This document shows, in pieces, positions 12,709-27,196 of a DNA stretch of 64,000 nt (its first letter is position 1; every line of letters starts with the position of its first letter). Made by a program: the position numbers and the translations under genes. The notes beneath the pieces are model-generated. The model had not been told where the DNA came from. It searched no databases and saw only the letters and a list, made by a program, of their open reading frames with translations. Source of the DNA: the human T2T-CHM13v2.0 reference genome, Homo sapiens. The DNA lies in the NCBI RefSeq assembly GCF_009914755.1, contig NC_060942.1. The stretch is one strand, 5' to 3'.

Positions 12709-14044
12709 AGGATATAAGCATAAAAACACACTGATATTCAGTGACATTGAGGATTGATAAGCAACTGGCATATCCAGCAATAAAATGGTTTTTCTGGTCA
12801 AATAGTGCTTATATATAAGTAGTGTGTGCCATAACTGTCCTTGTATTCATTAAACAGTAATTTTGTAATTGATGGTGACATATGATGACTAAGTAGAAAA
12901 TGTATTAGCAACAAAGATAAAATGGCATATGTGAGAAGTTTTATCATTATTTTTTATTTTATTGCAGTGCCACCTAAAAAATAATGTGACATTTATGGCT
13001 GGTTTCAGCCAGCAATGTGAAGAAATATGAAATACATATCAATTCTATATCCCCTTATTGCAATGTACTCTGTAAGTTATAGTGAGCTGACATAATTAGG
13101 GAAGCTGGATTCCTAAAGAACTCTCTGATAGGTGTCCACATTCTGTGAACTCTCATTCAGCTTTGCGGCTTCATCAGAAATATCATATCAGAAATATGAG
13201 AGAAGAGGCAGCATCAGCACTTGGAGAAGGTGAGTCAATGGCCCTGAATAATTATATGGGATCTTGAAGAAGCTCACAGCAGCCGAGGGCTGAGGGGCCA
13301 CCATTTTCTGAGGGGGGTTCACTTCTGAGGCTTCATTGCTTCAAGGGCTGAAGCCTTTTTTGGTCTAAAAAGATTCAGAGATTCATGATGGGAAAAAGTC
13401 AAAAGTTCAACTCTAAATAACCTCAAGGACAGAGAATTTTGTATTCATTACTTTCATGTTCAATATAAAAAAGAAATATCGGAGACATGGCAAAAGGTAT
13501 GGACCTACAAAAGGTTTCGATTTACTAGCTCTATTAAAAGGGAAGAGAAAGAAAAAGTAAAGTCTTGGTGACAGATCTGACAAACCCCTACTGAAATGGT
13601 GCCTTAAATCTTCAGCCCTTAAATTAGTTATCATAAGTCTGTTATTCCTCTAAGTGTTTTAAACAATAACATACGTATTTCTGCCCCCAAAGAACGGCAT
13701 TTTAGAAGACGAACGCCAGAAGTCTTTGATTAACCAGTTTATTTCTGCTTGGACAAAAATAAAGACCAAAAGCTAGCTTTTCACCTCGTAATTGAATATG
13801 TACCTTCTCCATTCAAACTTCCTAGTTCTCCCAAGTCTTCAAAAACTCATGAAATATTATGATTAATTATAGATCTACAGCCAGGATAGGAAAATAAGAA
13901 GTCATTTTTAAACTGCAAGAAGCTCCTTACCTCATGTAGACAGGAAAAAGTACAGAAATAATGAGGGGAAACAGGGGAACCAGAAATAATTCTAAGTTCA
14001 CCAGTCTTTCAATTTGAATCCTGGATTTCTACACATAAAATAGG

Positions 14045-14224
14045 TGTTATTAGTAACAACCTAAAGAACACGGATTTGTCCACTCCTGTCGCACATTCTG
14101 TTCACTTCCGGTGGAGGTACCGATAAGCAAGGAAGCTAAGATACAAATAAAGTGAAAAGGACAAACAAGCTATAAAGGGATGGAGAGCTGGAAGAAAAAG
14201 AAAACAATGCAAACATTTAAACAA
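14045..14224 (+). repeat. Diverged direct repeat, copy B, partner 12116-12295
   Basis: tgttattagtaacaacctaaagaacacggatttgtcca...gttcacttccggtggag...aaataaagtgaaaa...atttaaacaa. Confidence 0.93.
14103..14112 (-). promoter_or_regulatory. Consensus ETS (GABPA/ELK-type) motif ACCGGAAGTG; function unproven
   Basis: cacttccggt on +; the paralogous copy reads cacttccagt. Confidence 0.35.
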
Positions 14225-14324
14225 CTAATATTATGGCCAGAGACATTTTGATTTTGAAAATATTTTAATATATTAGAATTATTAATCCAAAACTTTGCAC
14301 TGTGTCTTTATGAAATTGTATTAC

Positions 14325-15123
14325 TGTGTTAGTCATGTTTCTCTACAGAAACAATTATGTGCATATGTATCCGCAGTCATGTGCCACTTAACAGCAGGAA
14401 CTCTTTCTGAGAAATGAATCATTAGGTGATTTTGTGGTTGTCCCAAAATCGTAGAGTGTATGTACACAAAACTAGATAGTACATCCTACTACACACTTCT
14501 GCTACGTAGTCTCACCTACTGCTCCTAGCTTACAAAGCTGTACAGCATGTTACTGCACTGAATACTGTAAGCACTGAAAATATAGTGGTGAGTATTAAAG
14601 TATTCATGTATCTAAACATATCTTAATGTAGAAAAGATACAGTAAAAATACAGTATTATAATACACACAGTTCCTCATTGACTGAAACGTCATTATGCAT
14701 GCATAAGTGGAGAGATAGAAAGAGAGAAAGATTTTTTTTTTTTAAATCTACTTAAGCTCATGCTAGTGTAGGTGCTGGCAGGTCTGAACACTGTAGGACA
14801 GGCTGGTAAGCAGGAAACTCAGGTAAGAGTTTAAGATGCAATCTTGGGTTGCAAGCTGGCACTTCAAGCAGGGTTTCTATGATTCAGTCCTGAGAATTCC
14901 TTCTGTTCAGGAAATCTCAGTCTTTGCTGGGTTAAGGCTTTCAGCTGTATGGATAAGGCCCATCCAAATTACGGAGGATAATCTGCTTAGCTCAATCAAA
15001 GTCTGCTGATTTAAATATTAAACACTCCTCAGAAGCAGCTTCACAGCAACATCTATACTGGTGCTCCACCAACAACTGGGCACCATAGCCTAGGCAACCT
15101 GTCACATTAAACCAACTACCATA
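14325..15123 (-). mobile_element. MLT2D-like LTR (ERVL) interrupted by Tigger3a
   Basis: ggaaatctcagtctttgct...ggataaggccca...ggataatctgctt...caactgggcaccatagcctag...aactaccata. Confidence 0.82.
14374..14709 (+). mobile_element. Tigger3a (MER7A) MITE
   Basis: cagtcatgtgccacttaac...ttctgagaaatg..tcattaggtgatttt...tgtacagcatgttactg...ttgactgaaacgtcattatgc. Confidence 0.88.
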
Positions 15124-15504
15124 GTGCTGATCACCATTTTTTGCATCTTGTCTCTAAAAGTGTCTGAATTTATTAGAGAAAGAGCTGCATTAGTAAACTA
15201 AAATAAATCCACTGAATCAGGACCTATTGAAACAGACTATATCATTATTTTTTTCCTTTTTAATACATTCTAAGTGCTACCAAATGTTGTCAACTATCTC
15301 AAAGTAAAAGTGTCTCTGTGGTTGAGTACTTTTATGTCTAATACTTTCAACAAAATTGTCTTGTGGGTATTCATTGAAGTATGCTACTTTCAAAGATGGT
15401 GACAGAATTTAAATTTAATACAAGAACTTCAAATTCACATTTAACTTATAAATAGATAAGTCAGGATTTCTTTAAGAGCCAATTCAGTATAGAGATTCAA
15501 AATG

Positions 15505-15700
15505 TCATGTATAACACTACAGAGCTCTAGATTTAAATCTGCCTTCTCCCATTTAGTGGCTATGAGAACTTGGACAAAATATTTATGTTCTCTAAGCTTT
15601 AGTTTCTTGCATTATGAAGTAGGGGTGGCAACATTTACCATCTAGGGTTTTATTGAAAAAAATAGATAATAATAAGAGACTCAATAAAACACTTGGTGTA
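15505..15700 (+). mobile_element. MIR
   Basis: tttaaatctgccttctcccatttagtggctatgagaacttggacaa...ttctctaagctttagtttct. Confidence 0.7.
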
Positions 15701-15859
15701 GAGTGAACTAATTTATGTATTTTGTAAATAATAAATATTACATTTTGCTGTCCATTTCAGATGTATTAAGCTTAATACTTAAAGAACTGTTGCTGGGAAA
15801 AGTCCATTTTATTCTTCAATATTAGTAATTTTGAGTAGATCATAAAATAATAATTTTTC

Positions 15860-16354
15860 TTTCTTCCTGGTATTTTCCAACTGTTGCCTTGCATGTCCCT
15901 CAGTCAAGAGGTAGAATCTATTTCTTCTATCTATTCATCTAGAATGGCCTTAAGCTTGCTTTGAGCAACATAAGAAAGCAAAGCGGCTTTGTGCTAGTTC
16001 CAAGTCCAAGACTAAAGAGGCCCTACATGCTCGCACTCCTGCTCTTGGAAACCTGTCCAAGAGCTACGTGAATAAACACAAGCCAGCCTTTGGAGGAGAG
16101 GAGATGCTGTGCAACAGAGATGAGCCTTCCCAATGAGATCATCCTGGATGGCTCAGCCAGTCAGCATGACTGTGGGTGCTTGAAAAGCCAGTTTGATATC
16201 AGCTGATTGATATCAGCCAGTTTGATAAAAGCCTGGCCCAGGCTTAGCTGATTTTGGGCAGCAGAACCATCTCCTCACCTAAAGACAACAAAAATTGGTT
16301 TTGTTTTAAGTCGCTGGTTTTGGGGTGATTGTGTTGCACTTCCAGATAAGAGAT
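15860..16354 (+). mobile_element. MLT1 (G/H-like) LTR
   Basis: tcaagaggtagaatctattt...gttttaagtcgctggttttggggtgattgt...cagataa. Confidence 0.65.
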
Positions 16355-18769
16355 AGGGAGTTGTTAAAATCCAAAGTGTGCAAAGGCAAAACATATACAT
16401 ATTTCATTTACAAATGGGGCTAAAAGTGCTTCTAAATTAATGAAGCTTAAAGGAAAGACAGACAATGAAATACTATGAAGAAGGACCATGGATGACAATA
16501 AGTAAGTCTATTTTGAGTTCTCTAGTTTCCAGTGCAATATTGTAGAAGAGAAGAAGAACTAAACAGAGCTCTTTACTTGAGAGTTTGAGAAAGGCTGTTT
16601 GGAAACCTGTAGAGGTCACGAGAAGTGACAATGAAGAATGACATGGGTATTAATTAACCCTTGAAAATATGGTTTTATGACTTCTGAAGAGAGCAGGAAT
16701 TGCCAGAAGATCCCTTTGGTGCCTGACTCTGCAGGTTGGAGGGAAAGGAGCAATGTCTCCACTATGGAAGGCCAATGAGAGCAGCCTTATGGTTAGCAGG
16801 ACATGAAACAAAGGAAAAATACTTGTTTTTATTTTTTTAAATAGTGAGGAAGAATCGTAGATGAATAAATTGGTTACTTTTTTTTGTTAAATCTCTGCAA
16901 AGTTTTAATAGAAAAAAATGTGCACATTCTAACCACATTTAAAATCTAATAAATAGCTACTAGAAACATGGAATAAAAAAAAATAGGAAGCCACCAAAAA
17001 ACAACTAAGATAAAATAATTGTACGGGAGGATGTAAGGAAGTAACATTTATGGCTGCAGAGCTCAAAGGACAGAATGCACACTCATTTCTAGTAAGGGAA
17101 TGTTTTATGGTGGAAAATGCTAGTGTTTTGTTTGCCACAAAGCCAAGAGAGTGTTGAGGTATCCAGCTGGAGCAAACCTGTGCCCCTATTGGTTTCAAGG
17201 AAAAACAAAATAAGTTGGGCTGCATGAGGAATGACAAAGATCGCCACTTCGAACTGGAAGGCATGACACCACCTCCAGTCCAGCTCTACAGTGCCAATCT
17301 CAGCTGGCTTGATGGAGACTGCTAAAGAAACTCAAAACACAACCATGTGTTACAAGAAATCCCTCGTGCTTGGGAGTTTTGGTCTTTCCCAAGTGAATCA
17401 CTGGCAAATATCTATTTTAGAAATAATTCATCCCATTCAATTATAGGTGATTATTGAAAAACAAAGAACAACAAAAGGCGCAAACAAAGAAACAAGTAAA
17501 AGAAGAAAATGTATAGATAAAGCAAATGATAAATGAAAAACTTTCAGAAGTAAAATTGTGTTGAATGTAGTACATAATTTTGATAACCTAACATATTTTC
17601 TTAAATAATAACAATGAAACTAAAACATTTGTTTATATAAAACAAAGGCAGAAATAAAGTTTTTTTTAATTAACAGACAATATGAGGAAAACAGGACTCC
17701 CCAAAAGTGAAAGACATGAAATAGAATTTGTCTCCCAGATTAAACAATTCATTTTATCTTTGGATAATAAAACAAGCAAACAAACAAACATAAAAGATCT
17801 CTATCATGAAAGAAAGGGGGAAAATACATCATTCCTTTCTTGCCCTCAATACTGACATAGCAAGAGTTTCAGTCTATTTTCGCTTCATCCCTCCACCACA
17901 TGAACAACTAAAAGGCAATTATATCTTTCACAGAAGAGCAGAAAAAAAAATTAGGTTAAATTTCTTTTGCTATTTCTCTCCTACCATTAAATGAGAAGGA
18001 ACTGCAAAATCTAAAGTGCTGAAGCCATATGTTATATTTTGAAGATTATATTAAACCATGTTTCCTTAGAGAACAAGCCTGACTAGGCCACTGCCAGAAT
18101 GTCTCAGGACAAGAGGTAATCAGTTCCCTTTCAGATTTTGTAGTTTTCTGTGTGTGCATGCCTGTGTGTGTGTTGCTGTTGTTATGTTCTGCAGTGATTA
18201 GTTTGTGGTGGGCATTAAATATATTTTTCACATAATTAAACTATGTGACCCAATAAAATCTGGCTTGAACCAAGGAAGCGGCAACATCTGTGAAAGATTA
18301 AAGTGAATGGCAGGAGTAGACAGTGCAATATCTAGTCAAAGAGTCACAGCGCAAATCCATTCGGTTTAGGCTGTTTCTCTAAAGGCAACCACAAGGACAG
18401 AAGAAAAATTCTATATATGAAAAAATTATAAATTAGCAAATAAAATATTAATACAGAAAAGAAACATATATTCATTAAACATCTATATATTAAAATATAA
18501 AAGTATATGTACTTTATATGTACATGATATAATATGCATTTTGATACATGTATGTGTATATAAATATGACCTTATAGAAATAAGCAAAATAAAGCTAAAG
18601 TTTGCTAAAGTTTGTTATGCTAAAGTGTTCTAAAATTATACAATATTATTGATTTTGGGCAGCAAGGTAAATTTCAGAACACCTTGTTTATACACTGAAT
18701 TTATGGACATAAAATCTATCAGGAAAAAAAACAAACAAAAAATTTGCAAAGCATTTGCTCCACAAGAAG

Positions 18770-19628
18770 CATCTCTAGGCTTTCACTTTGAAACTAAATA
18801 AATTAACAAGAAACCGACTTACTCTCTGCCTTAAACAATTTTTAGAAACTGGAAAAAAAAAGTACCAACAATTTAGAGATTAGACAACAAGCAGCACAGC
18901 TCAGCGATTTCTTGGAGAAAGTCACGAAATGAAGTGAGTCCCCAGTTGTCTCTCCGTACTTTCCAGAAAGAGTTTTCAAGACATGGAGATGGGGTAACTT
19001 ATACAAACCCAGCTCAGAACCTTTCTAAGTTGATACAGAGCACAGTTCGGGGAGACCAGAGTCTAGAACTCACTGTATAGAAAACTCTAAAGTTGAGAGC
19101 TTCAAGTAACAGGAGCCCAGGGCACCTGCAGAGTCTGTGGCTGAGTATTTAAGCATGTGAGCCAGGAATGACCAAGGCCAGGAAAAGAACCACTGGGAAA
19201 AGGCAGGAGGAACAGCTTCAAAAGCTTACAAGGTGCTGAGACTATTTCGTGTACATAAAACCAGAGCAAAAAGGCCCCAAACATAAGGAACTAAGTATTT
19301 CAAGGAGAAAAAGAGAAATCCTTTGGGAAAATTATCCCTGTATGAAATCTTGTCCTGAATCCACTTAACAAAGCCTAAAACACATCTCAAAATGATCAAA
19401 CTATTTTCAGGTAATCAATCATATCCTAGAACAAAGCCCCAACTAACCAGAGGAATTGAAAAAGAAAAAAAAAAATCTAACACCCAACAAAGTAAAAGTC
19501 AATGTTTTTAAAAATCATCAAGGATTAAAAAACGTAGGAAAATGCCACATATAAGGAGACAAATCAATTAATAGATAACAGACTCCCAAAGAATGACACT
19601 GATTATAGAATTAATGGGCAAGGACATT
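18770..19628 (+). mobile_element. Old L1M 5'UTR/ORF1 fragment
   Basis: gacaacaagcagcacag...aaatgaagtgagtccc...aaatcaattaatag...attatagaattaatgggcaaggacattaa (L1M ORF1-like). Confidence 0.6.
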
Positions 19629-19638
19629 AAGTCAGCTG

Positions 19639-19950
<312 letters not shown>

Positions 19951-19964
19951 AAGTCAGCTATTTT

Positions 19965-20480
19965 TAAGAGAAGTCATTGGCAAGTTTGGAGTAGAGGCGT
20001 GTTGTGGAAAGACTGCTGTCTGACAGGAGATGGAAATTTAGTAAGAGTAGATACAAGATTAGGAAACCATGAAATAATCTGGATAAGAGATGGCATTGAT
20101 TTGCATGGAGCAATAGGAAAAGGTGTAGTAAGAAATAGAATGTTGCTATATTTTGAAGATAAAAATGACATGATATTTTGGCACATTGTGAGATGTCAGA
20201 GAACTAGAAAAGTAAGGAGCTAGATGAGATGGGCATGTTTTGGGCCTGAACTACGGTAAGAATGGAATTTTCGTTTACTGATGGGGAAATCCGTGGGCAG
20301 AGGATTCCATGTGTGTGAAGCAAGAAAGAGTATGTGAGAAAAGACTGCTTTGGACAGGGTAAGTTTGAGGTGCCAATTAAATATCTAAAGAGATAATTAA
20401 TAGGCAGGTGGATATACGGATATTGAGTTGAGGCAAGAGGTCTGCACTGGAGATATGCATTTATTAGTAGTCAATACGTA
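19965..20480 (-). mobile_element. L2
   Basis: tttggacagggtaagtttgaggtgcc...taggcaggtggatatac...agaggtctgcactggagatat. Confidence 0.75.
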
Positions 20481-21706
20481 AACAGCAATTTAACATGCTA
20501 AATTCCTTATATGCAATATCATCTTTTTATTACTAAAGTGCATATCCAAGCCTATGATTATGATTCATTACAATAAAAATGTGCAATTTGAATACATTTT
20601 AGGGTGTGAATTTGTGCACTGAAGTCAGAGGAACATGTTTGATAATAAATAGCATCCCAATATAGGTAATAAGTATTGAAAATAAGCATTAAAAGTAAAT
20701 ATTGGATTGGAAATCTAACAAATGTAGTGAAGGTAAGAGAATGAGATTTTCAGCCTAGAGAATAAACAAACGGATTCATACTTTTCAAATAGAATAAAAA
20801 TGCAGTAGAGGAATCCCAAGGAAATAGGATGGAATTTAACAATAAAAAGTAGAAGAAGGAACATTTCAAAACATGAAAAAGAAAATTTCTGATAGATATA
20901 TGAAGGACTACTATTTTATGAACTAGACCTGAAGATAAGGTTTGAAGTGCCTGTTTTGCAAACTTGAAAACCAAGCTGTCAGTGTAGGCACTACAATTTT
21001 TAATGTGAGGGATTCTTTCCTTTGGGTAAAAAGATATTTTATGCAATACTTTTTAAAATTGTAAATAATCTTAAGTAGATGAATTATTCAAGCAGTAACA
21101 TTTTATCTTCATGAGCTTGACAGAGATTAAGAAAGCAATTACCTTCTAGGCCATGAGGGGAAAATCTGAAAAGGTACGTTGTTTAGTAGTAGGAGAAAAG
21201 TGTGTTTGGAGTCATTAAAAGGAGCAAAGTGGCAATGGATCATGAACTGGAGAAGATAATGGTCCTGAGAGAATGAAAATAAGAAGAGTTTAAAGATCAA
21301 TTGTTCCTTCTTTATAAATTTGCTTACCCAGGGAATAAATACAAAAGGCTCTGGAAGTCTAACTCAGAATGTTTGTCTGAGTATATACACTATATTTTCT
21401 GAAAATTGAGACACTTTTATAAATGAGAGGTAAAAATAATTGAATGCTATAAACTATACAACTAGTGGTTGCTTATTTTAGGTAAAAGAAAAAGCTCTTT
21501 TTAAACATAATATTTGTAAAGAATAAAAATTTAATTTTTTTTCTCATAAGGCAAACAAAAATTAGCTAGGAATTTGGTAGTGAGTAAGATATCTTTGAGT
21601 ATTCTAATGGCAATATTGTCATGGAGTACTTATTAATAATTATGTAATACTGCCTGTGTTTTTATTAGCCAGAGGTCATTCAAGAGCCAGGTAGAGCCAG
21701 AAGAAA

Positions 21707-21885
21707 CAGCTCACACCTATAATCCCAGCACTTTGGGAGGCCAAGGCGGGAGGATCACCTGAGCCCAGGAGATTGATCAAGGCTGCAGTAAGCTCTGACT
21801 GTGCCTTTGCACTCCAGCCTTGGCTGCAGAGCAACACCTTGTCTTAAAAAATAAACAAACAAAAATAAAATAAATAAAAGTAAAA
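21707..21885 (+). mobile_element. FRAM / AluJ monomer
   Basis: gctcacacctataatcccagcactttgggagg...gagcccaggag...ggctgcagtaagc...A-rich tail. Confidence 0.88.
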
Positions 21886-22147
21886 GGGCCAAATAGGAAG
21901 GGAATCATTCCTGCTGGGAGCGGGCTTTGAATGGGGTCATGGTGTTACTCTGCTTGGCTCATCTTTCTTCCTGATAAAGACAGAAAAGAGAATTGCCTAG
22001 GCCCTAACAGAACTCCAAGTCACACAGATATTAAATGAATGGAAATAGGAGGAAGAGTCAACAGAAAATGGTGGATAGGATAAATACTAGATGAGTGGAT
22101 GTCAGAATCCAAATAGGAGGTAGTGGTAATATATTTTGTTGGTATCT

Positions 22148-22276
22148 TCTTTTTTTTCCATTAGAGATAGAGTTTTACTGTGTTGCCCAGGCTGGTCTCG
22201 AACTGCTGGGCTCAAGTAACCCTCCTGCCTCAGTTTTCCATAATGCTGGGATTACAAGTCTGAGTCATTGGTACCT
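22148..22276 (-). mobile_element. FLAM_C-like Alu left monomer
   Basis: tgttgcccaggctggtctcgaactgctgggctcaag...gctgggattaca. Confidence 0.85.
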
Positions 22277-23208
22277 TTGAATAAGAGTTTCAGTGGAGTG
22301 AGAGGAGACAGAACTCTTATCTTGCCCTGAGGAATGCATAGTGTAGGAAAAGGTAGGAAACCATCCATACAGTAAACTCAGGAGTGTTTTGTCTATGGAA
22401 AGAGAAAGTAGTAGCTATGGGTAGCATCCATGCAAGTGAACACTGTGACGGAAGCCATATGACAGAAATATGAGTAAATTAAATTTCTAGTGAGAAATGT
22501 TTGGAACAAAAAGAAAAACACCAAATCCAAGAAAAAAAAAAGAAGCATAATGTATGGTGCCTGGGTATCTAAAAGGTAAAAAGGATGGAAACCAGAATCA
22601 TGTGAAGGTTTAGGATCCCACAGAGGAGAGATTCAGCTCCTTTGTAACAGGAAAGAAATCATAAAATTAATTGAAGAATGTGTTTAAGTGTGGTGGCTGA
22701 ATTTGAGGACCTTCTCATATGTAGATTTTATTTTTTGAGCTTGTAATTATGGATTAGCCATGAAGACAATTAAGATTGTATAAAATAATTTGCCTATCTG
22801 CCTGAACTTTGTCATATCTGTCCAGATTGCATAATTTTACTATATCCCAAAGAAATTCTTCAGAAACAAGAATCTTTACATTATAAAACTATAACATCAT
22901 AATTTTATTAAAGAAAACAGGGTAAGCACTACACACATGAATGTATACATCTGTCTCTATGTTGATATACATATCTATGCATGTATATATTTCTATTGCT
23001 ATCTCTATTTCTATTCATACTCGTGTAATTTTCCTGAGTGCTTGGATTCTAGTTTTGATAACTCACAGAGCCCACCGGCTTCTCTATGATTCTGGCTATG
23101 GCAACATCTTATGCATTTTAGTCCCCAAATTATAATCCTAAAGCAAAATCATAATTGGATTACAAAAATCATGCTGTTTAAGAAAAATATTCCTGAGAAT
23201 CCTACTAA

Positions 23209-23551
<343 letters not shown>

Positions 23552-23895
23552 AATTTCCTTTTATTTCTATAATACACTCTACCTCCCTACCCAGTCACTC
23601 TTGTTCTTTTGAGACTTGTTTGATGCTAACTGTTCTCTTGCTCCAAGAGGAACAGCCTTCAATTGTTCTACAAATTAAATACATCAATATTTCTGTAAGA
23701 TTGAACTTCCTTATATCAACAGCAAAATAGCCACTAGTTCACATGAGAAAACTTGATTAAAAATCCAGACCAAGGTAATATAATATAGCAAATCTGATGT
23801 GTGGCAGGGATCACCTTAGTTCCTTCCCCTACACTTTTTTATATCAACAGTCCTTGAGTAAATCCAACAGGATATAACAGCTAGGTAAAAACTGT

Positions 23896-24121
23896 ATTCT
23901 TTGTTTTCTTTTTGAGACAGAGTCTCAGTGTGTCAATGAGGCCAAGTGCAGTGGCATCATCTCTGCTCGCTGCAATTTCTGCTTCCCAGTTCCAAGCAAT
24001 TTTCGTGCCTCAGCCTCCCACATAGCTGGGTAGCTGGGACTACAAGGTGTACACCACCACGACCTGCTAATTTTTTTTATTTTTAATAGAGACAGGGTTT
24101 CACTATGTTGGTCAGGATGGT
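23896..24121 (-). mobile_element. 5'-truncated Alu (AluS-like)
   Basis: gagacagagtctc...gcctcagcctccc...tagctgggtagctggg (8-bp internal duplication)...ggtcaggatggt. Confidence 0.9.
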
Positions 24122-24449
24122 AAAAAAACAAAACAAAACAAAACTGTCCAGATAAACCCCTTCACCCCCTTTGTATAATAATAGATGGCTGCCTCTAAGA
24201 TCCTCACTAATAGATCTTTAGTTTATAACCATCCAAACCTCACCCCCATTTTTTCTCACGTCACAATAGCTAAGATGGCTCTAAGCTTCCCTCCTTCTAA
24301 GGATAGCTTTTACTCTATTAGAATGCTATTTATTATCAAAACATTTTCCTCTGACATCAATGCACAAATACATATCCTCTGTAGATAGTAGTCTAGAAAA
24401 TGTAACAAAGAGAACATGCTATTTGTAAGTCCTATTATCTTCTTTTTTA

Positions 24450-25048
24450 ATTAAATTTCTATTGCTGCATAACAACTTACCACAAATTTAACAGCTAAAA
24501 GCAACACACATTTATTATTTCACAGTTTGAATGCGGCAGAAGCATGGATACAGCTAAGCTAGCTCTTCTGCTTGCTGTCTCTCAAGGCTAAAATCAAGGT
24601 GTTGGTTGGGCTTTGCCATATAGAAGTTTGTCTGGAGAAGGCTCTGCTTCCAAGTTTACCTGTTTACCTGACTGTTGGCAGGAATCGTTTTCTTGTGACT
24701 ATAGCATGTACCTCAGCTTGTTTTTCCAAGACCAGTGTCAGAAAGCCTGTACGGCTTTCAATTCTGAACTCTTTAAGAAGGGGCTCTATCTCATTTATAT
24801 TTTCATCTGATTAAGTCAAGCCCACCCAGGATAATCTCCCTTTGGTTTAAGTCAAATCAACAGGCTTTGGACCTTCATTACAAACCTGATAAATTGCTTC
24901 AGCTTTACCATATAAGGTAACATAATCACAGGAGTGGAAGTCCAGCATAGTCATAGATCCTACCCTCGTCAAGGGGAGGGGTTATGTAGGATGTGTATAC
25001 CTAGGGATGGGGGTCTTTCAGGACATCTTAGAATTCTGACTATTACCA
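24450..25048 (-). mobile_element. MLT1E-like LTR
   Basis: ttctattgctgcataacaacttaccacaaattta...aaatcaaggtgttgg...cccacccaggataatctccc...catcttagaattctg. Confidence 0.8.
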
Positions 25049-25133
25049 TCTTCAGGAATTATAACAGTCATTGGATCAACATTGCATGCAAGCAATTAAA
25101 TATTCCTAGTGGAGATTTGACTATACTGCTAAT

Positions 25134-25911
<778 letters not shown>

Positions 25912-26860
25912 TTATATAACATGCGTTGGATATGGGTAACATATAGTGTAATTTTATTTACTGATTGACTTAGAAATGACAAACTCCTGTATGTTGCTAA
26001 GCAGCATGTAAACCAGGTATAAACCATTCAAGTGTAAGTCCATGGTCTTCTGGGTTTTTTATTATTATTATTATTATTTAATAGTTCATCCTTTGAAAAT
26101 TTACAACTAATGAAATAAATATTTGAGTGTTTTTCAGCACAATCAATTTTTTGAGTATCTAATGATGAATTCTCAGCTGTGTTTTCAGAAAGTAAATATG
26201 ACACATTGCTTTCAAAATACATTTTAAAATGTAATCATGCCAGCTATAAATATGTGAATTATAGTTTTATTCCAATTATTTTATAGCTACTTGAAGGTTT
26301 TCATTATTAGCATGTTCATATTATATTCTTACAGAAATATGATACAATATTATTGTTTTACTAAGATATTTTAGAAAGCAATTAAGTCATCTTTGAAGCA
26401 CCAGGGCATAAGCACACATCATTGCAAATGTGAGAGCAAATAAAATTATCTCTTTATTGTTGTGTTTAACTTGTTCTAAAACAAAACTACAAAATTACAT
26501 TTTCCTGATGTTATTATAACTTGCAACAATTCACTTACCCAGTAAACAATGATCATCCAAAGATACAGATATGATAATGCTTATCTGTAAGTTAGTTGTT
26601 AAACATTCTTTATTGCGGTAGCAACATCCAGTTCTCCTCTGATGAATGACCCCTCTGTGCTCAGTTGACATTGGACAAAAGAAGCAAATCCTATACTCTG
26701 GATTGGGAAGAGCCCCCTACCTGGCTGATAAATGTACTTTTTTCTCTGGCAACTATAATTGATTCCTGAGTGGTCATTATGTTCAAATGGGTTAGAGAGC
26801 AAATGGTATTCAACCCTCATATATTTTTGGAACAGATGGAATAAACTGATGCCCTATCTC

Positions 26861-27152
26861 ATGGTGGAGATAGGCTAAAAGTCCTAACCTCTGGTGCCTG
26901 TGAATATACTCTTATTTGGAAATAGAGTCTTTGTAGATGTAATTAAGCTAAGAATCTGGAAAGGAAACCATTCTGCATTTAGGGTAGACACTGAATCCAA
27001 TAATTGATATCCTTAGAAAGAAGAGTTCTAGCCAAAGATACAGAAGAGAAGGCTGTTGAGGCTGAGGAAGATATTGAGGTAACGCACCTACAAACCTCGG
27101 ACATCCAAGCAAAGAGAAAAGTCTGGGACAGATTCTCCCTCAAAGCCTGCAA

Positions 27153-27196
<44 letters not shown>

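Noticed and set aside
16186-16227. agccagtttgata / tgatatcag short repeats
   Set aside because: Small slippage duplication inside an MLT1 LTR; no repeat-spacer periodicity, so not CRISPR-like
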